A stretch of 63,254 bases of DNA, counting the filler, from Octopus bimaculoides (Eukaryota): assembly GCF_001194135.2 (NCBI RefSeq). It is 5 parts of 5 records of this genome, joined end to end, with 100 filler letters (N's around TTAATTAATTAA, not from the genome) between each part and the next. Parts side by side here need not be neighbours in the genome. Positions count along the whole stretch, not along the records: positions 16,701 to 42,705 come from NC_068996.1; positions 42,806 to 58,431 come from NC_068997.1; 3 more parts are not named here. One strand, given 5' to 3'. The position numbers and the translations under genes were made by a program. Positions within the stretch are counted from its first letter, which is position 1; each line of letters opens with the position of its first letter. Shown here one piece after another: positions 38,291-51,905 of this stretch. Below the pieces are notes generated by a model that saw only the letters and a list, made by a program, of their open reading frames with translations, did not search any database and had not been told where the DNA came from.

Positions 38291-38588
38291 AAAGATATCG
38301 TAAATAAATAAATTATCTATAATAAAGAAGTTCAGTGTATCAAAGTTAATCAGTGCAACAAATTGATTCTACAAGACTTTAGTTTAAAATGTACTAGATA
38401 TTTATTTACATGTAAGGGAAGCTTCTCACCTACAACATATTATTGAAGTATAACATTACATTTGTAATGTGATCAATAAAGTTATTCATATTTAATTACG
38501 AATTATTGGTAACTGTTTCTCAATTTTTTTTTTATCCTGCTCTCTCCCCTCCACTTATTTTCCAAATAATATGCTCTCTCCCATGTAT

Positions 38589-38629
<41 letters not shown>

Positions 38630-38830
38630 GTTCAGTGGTTAGTGCATCAAGCTTACAATCATGAGGTAGTGAGTTCAAGTCTCAGACTGGGCTGTGTGTT
38701 GTGTTCTTGAGCAAAACACTTTATTTCATGTTGCTCCAGTTCATGAAATGAGTTACAACATCACTGGTGCCAAGCTGTATCGGCCTTTGCCTTTCCCTTG
38801 GATAAAATTGATACTGTGGAGAGGGAAGGC
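38630..38830 (+). mobile_element. tRNA-derived SINE family C, partial
   Basis: Matches 58562-58900 (tggttcagtggttagtg...gagttcaagtc...ttcttgagcaaaacacttt...gccaagctgtatcggcc). Confidence 0.8.
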
Positions 38831-40849
38831 TGTTTACCCTATATATATATCACATGACTGATCAGACTATCAGATGTTGTTACACATCACCAGTCACAAT
38901 GCACTTTTACATTTTTTTTTTTAATTATAGTTTCAGCTTAGAGCTGCGGCCATGCTGATGCACCGCCGTGAAACATTGTTTATATATATATATATATATA
39001 ATCAGTATCATCATTTAACATCCATCTCCTTTGCTGGCATGGACTAGATGGTATAACAGGAGCCAACAAGCCAGAGGACTGTGTTAAGCTCATGCTTTTT
39101 GCATGATTTCTGCAGTTAGATACCTTTCCTGGCCACTTTATAGAGTGTAGTTTTAGATTCAGTCCCACTGCACAGCATCTTGGGCAAGTATCTTTTGCGA
39201 TAGCTTCAGACCAACCAAAGCTTCACAGGTGAGTTTGGTAGACAAAAGCTAAAGAAAGAAATCCATTATATACATAGTGCGTGCTTGGAAACCATTGAGG
39301 GTTGGTGACAGAAAATTTGTCTCATTGAATTTCATCTGACTCATGTGAGCATGGAAAAGTGGACATTAAGATGATGATGATGATGATAATGAAAAAGAGG
39401 AGGAGGAGGGTCATGATGTGTGCCGAAAAAATTGACTTCAGTTAAATAAAAATAAAACCATTAAAGTAAAATGTAAGGAATGTACAATAAAGTCAAAGAT
39501 CTGTGTGAAGTGCTAAACTTAATGTGGTCAGCCAGTTTAACATCACCACCTGTTCCCTTGGGTACTCTTGATAGAGTTCACTCTATTACTACTACTGAGA
39601 TGAAGTCTTCAATGTCAGGGTAACTAACAAGCCATCACTTTTTTCTTCACCCTTTGTCAGGGACTTTGTATAAACTGGCCACTAGGTGCTATCTTGCTTC
39701 CTTATACCCATTAATTAAGTACTACTCTATCTCCTCTGAACAAATACTAGAAAAAAATAAAATGCTTCAAACAATAGTGACCTGCTCATTATAAAATAAT
39801 GAGAGATTCTGATAAATGTCTGTGATATTAATGTTGCAACTGTTTCAACAGTTGTTGAATATATTTCTGGGAACGATGAATGACTCCACTTCACAACATA
39901 CAAATCTCTTTGTATTATAAACTAATTAGTATTTGTTTATTTATTTTTAATTATATTTTTCTCTGATATAAACCTAGTTTTTTTTTTTTTACAATGTATG
40001 TGTCTGTGTGTGTGTGGAGAGATGTGTAACGCTGTGTACCGTTTATCACTATCCGTCCACTGTGTACTGTTTATATGTATGCATTTCATTGTCTCTTCTT
40101 CTCTGTCTCTTACTATGATTATGTTTGCATGGGGAGAGGGTGTATGTGGTAAATAATGCAATCAATGGTGCATGCAGCATTTGAATGAAATTTCATGTGT
40201 GTGTATGTGCACGCGCACATATATATAAAGTGGTATAAAGCCACCCTCCCCTCTTATGTACTCCCCATTTAGTAGTGTTTTACTCTCTCTGTGTTTCATC
40301 TAACAGCTTACCTGGCAATCTCACTAGTGCTGGTGCCACATAAAAAATATCCAGTACCTTCTGTAAAGTGGTTCATATTAGGAAAGGCATGCAGTTTCAG
40401 AAACCATGCCAAAGCTAATACCAGAGCTAGATGTAGTCTTGTGGCTCACCAGATTCTGTCAAACTTTTCAACTCATGCCACCATGGAAGATGGATATTAA
40501 ATAATGATGATGATGACAATGATGATACACATATAAATTTCTGTTGATGGACCAGAAGCAATAACTTACAAGTCTCAATAGATAAGTGTTTGAGTATCCT
40601 TGTATACATTATAACCAAAAGACTCATATTTCCAGTAGTCTGTGTGTAGTTGAAAGAGTAATCAATCAGCAGGTTCAGAGAAATATTGATTTCAGATTTT
40701 GGCACAGGGCCAGCAACTTCTGGGAAGGGATATAGTTGATTACATCCACCCCAGTGTTCAACTGGTATTTATTTTATTGACCCCCAAAACGATGAAGGGG
40801 AAAGTTGACCTTGGTGGATGTTGAACTAAGAGAAATATCAAGTGATCTA

Positions 40850-41930
40850 TATAACAAAGTAGAGGAGAAGATAGAAATAATAGTGTAGACAACAATTGGG
40901 AGTTTCTATAGAATAATCTATTGAGGATGACAGAACCTCAATAGATAATCTCATAGAAACCTGACTAGGAGAGGGTCTTTACCACAGAGAGAGTAACATG
41001 GTGGTGAAATAGCTCTGTAGATAGGTTCATAAAGGTTATCAAGAGTTGGAAAAACAGGAAGAAAAGAGACAACAAAGAGCAATACTAAGTTGTAAAAGGA
41101 GAAGCAAGACATCTACAGGAGAATTCCAGAGTAAGAAATTTGTCAATGTTCTATGACATGAGGATCAGAGGCATTAGGCAGTCCGGATTGCAAAGCAGTG
41201 TGAGAGAAAATCAATTACGTCCTTAGTGAAATGTATGTACGAAAAGATGACAGCACACTTTCAATAATTGAGACTGAAAATGGGACAGGGTAGGGGAGAG
41301 CTGGAAATGCTATTACATGTGGCTTTTGAATGAAGAGAATGCATAGGAGAAAAAGGGTCTGCCCATCAAGTAACCCAACAGAGGAACCAGCCATCCAAAT
41401 TGATTGATGTATAGTATGGATAGAGTGATTAAGGACATGAAGACAGGGAAACAAGTAAGGCACTCATTCCATCAGATATCATCACCATTGAGATGCATTC
41501 AGTATTCAGCTGAGTGGGATATGGACTGGTCACTCTAAGCAAATTATGTGGTACAGGCAAGTATCATAACCCAAGGACTTGTGTAGCTGCATCATTGTCA
41601 ACTACTGCAAAGCACAAAGACAATTCATTAAATTGAACTATTGGCTCAGATTATGAAGGTTACTAAAAAAAAGTTGATTAAAAAGAGAAAATTATATATA
41701 GATGCAAATTTGTTTGATTTTGTGCACGGAAGTATTACTGCTGTTATCTTCCCTGTGACACAGATGCAGAATTATGAGTTTTTTTCTAAGAACAGGATCC
41801 TCTATCTTGCATTTGTTGGTTTAGAGGGAGTCTTTAATAGGGTTTCCTACTCTATGATCAAGTGTTCTTTGAGAAAGCTAGGAATACATGATTGGGATAT
41901 GAGAAATGTGCAAGTCATATATAGGCCCAA
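40850..41930 (+). mobile_element. Decayed RTE-clade LINE ORF2 (linker + RT N-terminal part)
   Basis: VDNNWEFL*NNLLRMT, RVTWW*N, RVIKDMKTGK, LYLAFVGLEGVFNRVSYSMIKCSLRKLGIHDWDMRNVQVIYR (LAFVDLEKAFDRVP...MRKLGIDEW). Confidence 0.85.
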
Positions 41931-41944
41931 AAGTGGCTGTTTGG

Positions 41945-42057
41945 TAAGTAGCTTGCTTACCAACCACATGGTTGTGGGTTTAGTCCCATTGTGTGGCACC
42001 TTGGGCTGATCAAAGGCTTGTGAGTGGATTTGGTAGACGGAAACTGAAAGCCTGTCG

Positions 42058-42094
<37 letters not shown>

Positions 42095-42300
42095 ATGTTT
42101 GTGTGTCTGTGTTTGTCCCCCCAACATCGCTTGACAACTGATGCTGGTGTGTTTATGTTCCTGTAACTTAGCAGTTCGACAAAAGAGACTGATAGAATAA
42201 GTACTAGGCTTACAAAGAATAAGTCCTGATTTGCTCGATTAAAGGCAGTGCCCCAGCATGGCCACAGTCAAATGACTGAAACAAGTAAAAGAGTAAAAGA
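41945..42300 (+). mobile_element. SINE family B
   Basis: Match to 32022-32395 including internal microsatellite. Confidence 0.85.
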
Positions 42301-42674
42301 AGGATGCTACCAGCAAGGTGACTTGGGTTTAAGCAAATCATCTAACCCATACCAACATAGAAAACAAATGTAAAATGATGGTATGTGTGCATGTATGTAT
42401 AAATGCATCTGTGTATATGTGTGTGTGTATATAAGATTCAGTTCAATTAGGTACTTAAATTGAGGTACCTCTTCAGAGAATTACTGTAAATGTTAATGCT
42501 CTGGATTTTAAACTATTTTAAATCATTCTGAATGTCTTTTATTTTGAATTTCATGAATTTATATGACAAAAGCAGTTTCTTTACAATGATGTAATAATGT
42601 TTTCATTAACGAATTAAAGGAGACGTTAGAAACAGGTGTAATGGATTGACACCTGTACCTCTACTGTTACACAT

Positions 42675-42705
<31 letters not shown>

Positions 42706-42749
42706 NNNNNNNNNNNNNNNNNNNNNNNNNNNNNNNNNNNNNNNNNNNN

Positions 42750-42761
42750 TTAATTAATTAA
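42750..42761. other. Assembly gap tag TTAATTAATTAA
   Basis: 44 N each side. Confidence 0.95.
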
Positions 42762-42805
42762 NNNNNNNNNNNNNNNNNNNNNNNNNNNNNNNNNNNNNNN
42801 NNNNN

Positions 42806-42839
<34 letters not shown>

Positions 42840-42858
42840 TATAGATAGATAGATAGAT

Positions 42859-42921
<63 letters not shown>

Positions 42922-44509
42922 TCGTTTAAGCATACCGATATTAATAACTTGGTGTTAGAACTCAGTATATGTATGCTACAGAAAAAAATATTAATCGAGT
43001 ACAGAACATAATAAGACATTATCGCAAAGGTGCAAGAAATTATGTAAGGAACTTTATGAGCTGACAGCTGTTAGTGCAATAAGGTGATGCACAAACACTC
43101 AGCTTAGGGCGCATCGCGTCTTACAGCAGAAACATCTGTAAGTTAATGAATTTCATAACGTAATTTCTTGTTCCCTGATCATTTATATAAACTCTTGTGT
43201 GTGCATGTGTGTGTGTGTGTTTGTATGTGCGTTCGTATGTGCGTGTATGTGTGTATATGTGTGCCTGTATGTGTGTATATAAGCATATATTTAATGTAAT
43301 TTATTATGTAATATAATATACACACCTACAAAGTCTCTCTCACGCACACATACCTATAGATAAATGGTTGGGTGCACGGCTGGATGGACACATGGTGAGA
43401 TGAATGGATGGAGGGATGGATAGGTAGATAGATGGTGAGATGAAGGGAGAGACAGCTGAACAAATGGACGGATGGATGGATGTACATATGTATATGTGCT
43501 TCGAGAAAGATTCAGACGTAGAACAGATAAAAATCAATATACACTGATCGAGTGACAGTTTATTGTGAGTTAGTAATTGAAACAGGAGTTGCAGAACCGG
43601 AGAATATACTGGCTGGACAATAGTGGACAACTGATTGACCACTGGAAACGACTTAAGATTCTCGTCTCTCTCGCCTTTAACAATAAACCTGTTTAATAAG
43701 AAAAGCATTTGCCAAAGTGATGATGTAGCAGAAAAATGTTTTGGAAATAAAAACCATCTCCCCCACGAGGTGGCTTTTACTTCATTTAATTGGCAGCTTC
43801 ATCCACAATTAGTTATATTATTTCGTGCATATGTGTAGTGAGATNNNNNNNNNNNNNNNNNNNNNNNNNNNNNNNNNNNNNNNNNNNNNNNNNNNNNNNN
43901 NNNNNNNNNNNNNNNNNNNNNNNNNNNNNNNNNNNNNNNNNNNNNNNNNNNNNNNNNNNNNNNNNNNNNNNNNNNNNNNNNNNNNNNNNNNNNNNNNNNN
44001 NNNNNNNNNNNNNNNNNNNNNNNNNNNNNNNNNNNNNNNNNNNNNNNNNNNNNNATTCGGGCCAGGTTTCTTTCCCACCTCATTCACCTTCAACATTCCT
44101 CGAAGGCTATGTCAATAATCATAAGCATTACCACCAAACTAAAAGACAAAAAAAAAAAGCCAAAAACATTATAACCAAACATTTTTTTGTTCCAAAGACT
44201 CTTGCGGTCAAAATGCTGATTCGTAACTTTGATTTTCCAATATGTTTTATCTGCACAGTTCATTGCTTCCTTTCTGGTAGTTTGTGGATAAAATATGTAC
44301 AAGATGAGATGATGAAACAATTTGATATCACTGGGATATTTTGCCATAATCTTGTATATGTAATAACCATCTATATATCATACTTAATGTACATACACCA
44401 CGAACAGGTATGATGCTATGGGTTTTGTCTGAGAGAAAATCTCTTTCTAGATACGCTGTATTAAAAACAATATAGATCAGTATGGGACTACCATCGTCTC
44501 ATCACTGAC

Positions 44510-44599
44510 CCATGAGAACGCTTGCGTTTCGGCCTCTTTCAGCCTTGTCAGTGACGTGTAGTCATTAGTTACATATCTAGACGAAATATATCCCCTCTG
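44510..44599 (-). CDS. Candidate 90-nt exon, phase 0-0 (QRGYISSRYVTNDYTSLTRLKEAETQAFSW)
   Basis: Strong acceptor attattcactgtttcttctacag| (NAGNAG), donor TGG|GTCAGT; other two frames stop early. Lies within ORF 44477..44695. Confidence 0.4.
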
Positions 44600-45689
44600 C
44601 TGTAGAAGAAACAGTGAATAATATATTCTCTGACATTGCGGAAGGCCTCCAGGTAGGTTAAAAATTAGGTGCAGTATAGTATGAATGACAAGCAACTATA
44701 ATTAATTAATCAAGAAACGAGTAAGACCAAGATTAAGTAATTATTTCCAAAACAATTCTTATATCAAGGTGAATATTTATATTTTCTCCAACACATGGTA
44801 ACACATGTGTTGCTTGATTTTGGAGTTTTCATTCTCCCAGTAGTTTTGCTGCATGCTTAGAAACAACCATAAATGCTTCTATATCGTCACACATGCACAC
44901 AAATATATACACAAATAACAAAACTTCATCCACGCACTTCCACCGACAACAGCCGTCACCGAGGAAGAAAAAAATGCGATATGTATCTACAAATTAGATC
45001 CGCAAACGTTTGATATTAACACCGACTGTTTCCCCTTTAGGAAATATAAATACACACTCACACAATATATAACGCACTATTCCATAACACACATAGGGAA
45101 ATACATATGCATAGAAATATAACCTTATAATTGAATAGCATTTTTAGTTTGTTTTATTATTTTGTATTATATGTAAAATATTTGAAGAATTTAGAATTCA
45201 ACTCCAAAGAAAAGAGCAAAAAACACCCTTTACGGTTGAATTAGGAAATAAATTTTTTGTGCTGCTGTTTTTTGATTATTATTTTGTGTTGCTGACCCAG
45301 TAACAAAGTCATTTGTTGTTGTTGTTGTTGTTGTTGTTGTTGCTGTTGTTAATATTACTTGCCCTTCGGTTTAAAAAGAACAATATTCGTAACCATCATC
45401 AATATAGATATCATGATTATGTGTGTGTGTGAGTGTGTGTATGTGTATGAATGTGTGCGTGTGTGCTTGTTTGTATGAATGCATACGTGTATAAGAGACT
45501 GAAAGGGAGATCCATAAGTGACAGCTACGCGCGCGCGCACGCACACACACGCACGCACGCACACATACTAAAACAATTTGATACGGTTCTATGTGACTTA
45601 AAATTTAGCAGGCCCCTAACAGAAGCCCGTCTCTTTCAGACTTTGGATTATGTATGTATGTATGTATGTATGTATGTATGTATGTATGT

Positions 45690-45825
45690 AGCTTGCTTAC
45701 CAACCACATAGTTCCGGGTTCAATCCCACTGCGGGGTACCTTTGGTAAGAGTCTTCTACTATAGCCTCGGGCAGACCAAAGCCTTGTGAGTGGATTTGGT
45801 AAACGGAAAATGAAAGAAGTCCGTC

Positions 45826-45862
<37 letters not shown>

Positions 45863-46045
45863 TCTCTCCTTGTCCCCCCACTAGCGCTTGACAACCGATG
45901 ATGGTATGTTTACGTCCCAGTAACCTAGTGGTTCGGCAAAAAGAGTCCGATAGAATAAGTAATAGGCTTGCAAAGAATAAGTCTTTGGTCGATTTGTTCG
46001 ACTAAAGGCGGTGCTCCAGTATGGTCATAGTCAAATGACTGAAAC
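45690..46045 (+). mobile_element. SINE family B, CpG-intact
   Basis: Match to 32022-32395. Confidence 0.85.
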
Positions 46046-46723
46046 GCTCACTCGGTCATTGTAGTAGGTTCCAGTGTAAAGTATTTCATTACAAGTTTAA
46101 CTGCAAGTTTTATGTCAGAGAATCTTTCTGTCTTCCCCACAGCTTGGTTAAAAATAACAGGAACATTCACTATCCCTGGAAAATCTATTTAGGTGGGACC
46201 CTACGAGCTTCTTTACATATGCACGGATAGGATTTTCACGCCATTATCGGTACGACATTGGATTTAAGTGATAAAAGTTTGTACAACCCTTTTGTCTCGT
46301 ACGCTTGTATTTGACTACAAGCTTGACATCAGAGTATCTTTCTCCAAGAAGAGCTGCTTTCCTCTCGGTTTTGTTAAAAATAACAGTAACGTCCATTATC
46401 TCCGAAACATTTATTTAAACTATAGATGGGACCCTGCGAGGCACTATCGTTCCGGAGCAGAACGGACCTTGAAGTAGCGGTAATTAATGGGCGCTCTATG
46501 CTCTCCACAACTCTAGAACACTCGAACTAGACCCACACCACCTGATACATATATACGTACGTATGTATTTACATATACTATATGTTTGTACGAGTGTATC
46601 TGAGTCCATGTATTCATATAGTTAGTTAGATCGATAAATAGATAGATAGATAGATAGATAGAAATATCAGTATATATATATATATATATGAATATAGTTA
46701 ATAGAGATAAAGATATCAATATA

Positions 46724-46754
<31 letters not shown>

Positions 46755-48554
46755 ATGTATGTGTATATTTCCATTCACAACCAGTCTATATATGCGTAAT
46801 AATGTGGAATGAGCCAGTGGGGTGGGTATTTTAAAACCCTATATACTTCTTGTTTACTTTTGGGGTTTGGTTTCCTTCCAATTCCTTTTTACCCATCTCT
46901 TCCTCTTTCCATTCTTCCATTATTATTCTCTCACTTTTTAAACCATTTTTCTCTGACTCTTTTGTAACCTTTGTGAACAAAATAGCAGAATTATAGCTAA
47001 AAGTTCACAAATAGGAAATGTACAATTTTTTTCTCGCTTTATATTTTATTTTGTCTTATTTACACACATTTTTAAAAATTCTTTTCTATTTACATTTTTT
47101 TTTTTTCATTTAATACTAAATTGAATTATCGATATTGTCTAGTATTTCTGTTTTCTTTCTTTTTTTTTCGTTGTTTCTACTTCATTTTTTCATCGTTACT
47201 ATTGTTATTGTTGTTAATGTTATTTCTCTTCTTCTAACTGTTGCTGTTCTTGTTTTTGCAGACTGGTATTATTTAGTCGTTTTGTTGTGATAGACTTCTG
47301 TTCTTCTTATTATTATTCTCGTTGTAGTGTCTGCTGTTGTTGTAGAAGAAACCTGTTGGCTTAGTTATTGTTCTTGTCACTGTAGACTCTGTTGTTTTGT
47401 TGTTATCTTTTTGGTTATTCTTTATGTAGACTCTGTTATTATTATTCTTGTTATTCCAGCTGCTCTAGACTCCGTTGTTGTTATTTGCTTTCTTGTTGTT
47501 GTATAGACTCTGTGGTTGTAAACAGTTTTAATACAATTGTTCTTGGACAAATATCAAATTTTGACAGATTTGTGATGTAGTAGAGTATTTTTCTGCTATA
47601 TTTTTTATTTACTACTCTTTCCGCTAGAATTGGACTTTGCATTTATTTTGTTTCCATGCGTTTGGTTGTCGTTCGCATTTTTTTTTTGTATTTTTCGGCG
47701 ACGGGGATACTAGGAAGGTTAATTGTTCCAGTGAATACATACATATATGCGTGCTGGTGTGTTTTTGTGAGTGTGTGTGTGTGATTGGGCATGTGTGCGT
47801 CTGTGGTTTGTTGTTAAATTGCGGGAGACTCACTGCCAACATTGTCCTCACGTATCATATCGCTTTTTTTTCTTGCACTAATATTGTGGTTATCATTGTT
47901 GTTGTAATTGTTGCCGTCGGTGCTATTGTTGCTATCTGGCCATAGTTCATCGTTGACTCATAGCATTGCGTTTGTTGCTGTTGTTGTTGCTGTTTTTGTT
48001 GTTGCGGTTGTTGAGTTGCTTTTCATTGTTGTTCAGACCTACGGCAATCCTCATCGAGTCGATCTATGATTGAAAGATTTTCCAACTGTGACTAACCTAT
48101 TTCTTAATCCTCTCTGTGCAAGGAAGCCAAGAACGCGTCATTTTATGTGTTATTTTCCAAAATGCTAAGGTTTGATCTGAGGGAGGCATTCCAGCCGTGA
48201 CCATGCTATAATTTTCGCTATGTACAAGGATTATAAAACCCATTGTAACTTTTCCGAGACGTTATGGTGCGATTGGAGTGTGAGTGGGTGGGAGAGTCAT
48301 TTAGCTGCTCCCTTTAGCAGGTCGAACAATTACGTTGAAGCTCTCACGTTGGTTTCAGAGTCTCTGGTATTGTGGATGTTTCTATTGTAATGTTGTCGAC
48401 ATAAAACTATATCAATCAATGTGCCATTCCTTCATGACATTTAAAATTGTACGGGTCGATTTAAAAGAGATTTGGCTGCTAGATCTAGCAAGTAAAACAA
48501 CCAAGTGGAGGCTCTCTAGGCGGCTTCAGTGGCTTTAGTGCTGTTGGTGTTTTG

Positions 48555-48730
48555 ATTTGTGATTAGCGGTATTTCGTCTGCCGCTACGTTCTGAGATCAA
48601 ATTCCGCCGAGGTCGAATTTGCCTTTCGTCCTTTCGGGGTCGATTAAATAAGTACCACGCAGTGGGACTGAACCCAGAGCCATGTGATTGGGAAGCATGC
48701 TTCTTGCCACACAGCCACACTGCCATGTAA
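48555..48730. mobile_element. SINE family A fragment (+) fused to family B head fragment (-)
   Basis: gcggtatttcgtctgcc...ggggtcgattaaataagtacc followed by cacgcagtgggactgaaccc...ccacacagccac. Confidence 0.7.
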
Positions 48731-48833
48731 TATAACATAATTAGCTACTGAAGCAATATAGTACCGAACAACAATATATATATCTTACTTAACGTGGGTA
48801 TACTAAAAGACATCGACAATGGTGCTGTATTCG

Positions 48834-48870
<37 letters not shown>

Positions 48871-49668
48871 GGTATAATGTACTTGATATAAATAGTATTT
48901 ATGTATATAATATAATATAAAACACTATAATGTAATACACACACTCACGCAGATTATATATGTGTTTGTGTACTTGTATGTGTCTCCTGTGTCTGTATGT
49001 GTGAGCGGGTATAATACGTTAGGATTGCTTGATAAAATGGGATTGCTTCATAAACCAACTCAAAAATATAGCCGACATTTTGTAATGACGCGATCAATTA
49101 ACAAAGAAAAGAGAAAACACCAGATAAAACAGAAGCCGTATCTAACGGACAACAAGGGAGGAGAAATTCATTATTTCTTGAACAAACATGTCTGCGCCGC
49201 CTCAATGATTTTTTTAGTATTCAGTATTTGTTTGACGTATAAAACAATGTTTGATCGAAATGTTTGCTCCCTCGGGAATGTTTGATGACGTTTCCGCTGT
49301 AAATTCTCATTGATTACATCCAGCGCGGGAACACGCTCTGATGTAATTGCTTCGATGTGTTATGTCTTGACCCTAAAGATGAATGCGTATGAAATAAAAC
49401 CGATAATATCAATTCGCTAATGCATTCGTTAATTCTGTCATTCCTCTATCAAGCCATTCGCTCGTTATATTACCGAGTCTTTTATAATCACATATAAAAA
49501 TATACATTCATATTTACATTGAATTAAATACAGACATACAGAGACGTAGAGCGTGAACACGTTTGTTGATGTGGGTATATACGTGTTTCTATTTATACCT
49601 ATGTATTTGACATTGTTATTACATTTATTGGTATAGTCAAAACGGAAAATATGATCATATATATATAT

Positions 49669-49739
<71 letters not shown>

Positions 49740-49774
49740 CACATGCACACACATACATATATCTATAAACATAT

Positions 49775-49810
<36 letters not shown>

Positions 49811-50709
49811 NNNNNNNNNNNNNNNNNNNNNNNNNNNNNNNNNNNNNNNNNNNNNNNNNNNNNNNNNNNNNNNNNNNNNNNNNNNNNNNNNNNNNNNNNN
49901 NNNNNNNNNNNNNNNNNNNNNNNNNNNNNNNNNNNNNNNNNNNNNNNNNNNNNNNNNNNNNNNNNNNNNNNNNNNNNNNNNNNNNNNNNNNNNNNNNNNN
50001 NNNNNNNNNNNNNNNNNNNNNNNNNNNNNNNNNNNNNNNNNNNNNNNNNNNNNNNNNNNNNNNNNNNNNNNNNNNNNNNNNNNNNNNNNNNNNNNNNNNN
50101 NNNNNNNNNNNNNNNNNNNNNNNNNNNNNNNNNNNNNNNNNNNNNNNNNNNNNNNNNNNNNNNNNNNNNNNNNNNNNNNNNNNNNNNNNNNNNNNNNNNN
50201 NNNNNNNNNNNNNNNNNNNNNNNNNNNNNNNNNNNNNNNNNNNNNNNNNNNNNNNNNNNNNNNNNNNNNNNNNNNNNNNNNNNNNNNNNNNNNNNNNNNN
50301 NNNNNNNNNNNNNNNNNNNNNNNNNNNNNNNNNNNNNNNNNNNNNNNNNNNNNNNNNNNNNNNNNNNNNNNNNNNNNNNNNNNNNNNNNNNNNNNNNNNN
50401 NNNNNNNNNNNNNNNNNNNNNNNNNNNNNNNNNNNNNNNNNNNNNNNNNNNNNNNNNNNNNNNNNNNNNNNNNNNNNNNNNNNNNNNNNNNNNNNNNNNN
50501 NNNNNNNNNNNNNNNNNNNNNNNNNNNNNNNNNNNNNNNNNNNNNNNNNNNNNNNNNNNNNNNNNNNNNNNNNNNNNNNNNNNNNNNNNNNNNNNNNNNN
50601 NNNNNNNNNNNNNNNNNNNNNNNNNNNNNNNNNNNNNNNNNNNNNNNNNNNNNNNNNNNNNNNNNNNNNNNNNNNNNNNNNNNNNNNNNNNNNNNNNNNN
50701 NNNNNNNNN

Positions 50710-50740
<31 letters not shown>

Positions 50741-51003
50741 TATACGTACATACGTACTTATTGCATAAAACGCATACACGTGTGAACTCTCGGATGCACA
50801 TGCTTGTATACACACACCAAGACACTTCAGATGCGCGCCATTAGTGGCTTGTATTGATTGGAAAATCATCACTTCCGCTATTAGTAACAAATAAACTGAC
50901 AATTACTGTCTTCATCATTCACATGATTGATTCATAATGGCTGTTATTTCACAGACTAAATTATTACACACTATATAACATGCGTGAATATCTCTTTGTC
51001 TGC

Positions 51004-51034
<31 letters not shown>

Positions 51035-51119
51035 TGTACGAATGCGCATGCCAGGGATTGTGTTTGTATGTGTAAATGTAGATATATGTATACACCTTGT
51101 GCATATATATGTACGTGTG

Positions 51120-51181
<62 letters not shown>

Positions 51182-51367
51182 CCCGTGTATGTATTTATAG
51201 TACATATGTATAAACATTTATGTCCCCTATATGGACATGTGTGCGCGTGCGTCGCTGTGTTTGTTTAAATGTATTTGTAATATCTGATTATTATATATTC
51301 ATACATTTTTACATATCTCTTTATTGCTCACTTACCTTTTAATAAAAATAATAACAATAATGATAAC

Positions 51368-51403
<36 letters not shown>

Positions 51404-51507
51404 TATTATTATTATTATTANNNNNNNNNNTATTATTATTATTATTGCTGTTGTTGTTGTTGTTATTATTGTTGTTATTATTGTTGTTATTATTGTTGTT
51501 ATTATTG

Positions 51508-51551
<44 letters not shown>

Positions 51552-51851
51552 GATCATTATTCTTATCGTTATTCTTTTTGTTGTTGCCATTTTCGTTTTT
51601 GTGTTTGGGTGTGGTGTTTTTATTGTTGTGTGGTTTTTCAATTTGCCTTTATCGATTCTTCATGCTTGATTGTTTCTTTTTTTTCTTTTTTTTTTTTTGT
51701 CTTCCGATCATTGATTTTTTATCTGTAATTTTGTCTGTATGATTCTTTCTCATTGATTCATTCCCCACTCTCTTTCTCCATCTCCCTCATTCTCTTACAC
51801 ACCGTGTTCTGTTTCTTTCATTCTTCGCCAATCCATCTCTCTCTCTCTCTC

Positions 51852-51905
<54 letters not shown>

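Noticed and set aside
40570-40639. 70-nt minus segment with a GTAAGT donor
   Set aside because: The most protein-like frame (DYWKYESFGY...) hits TGA before the donor; the open frame is unconvincing.
44281-44407. Plus-strand exon LWIKYVQDEMMKQ... (HAT-repeat-like start)
   Set aside because: Phase incompatible with the next plus candidate, and the rest of the peptide does not fit a HAT repeat.
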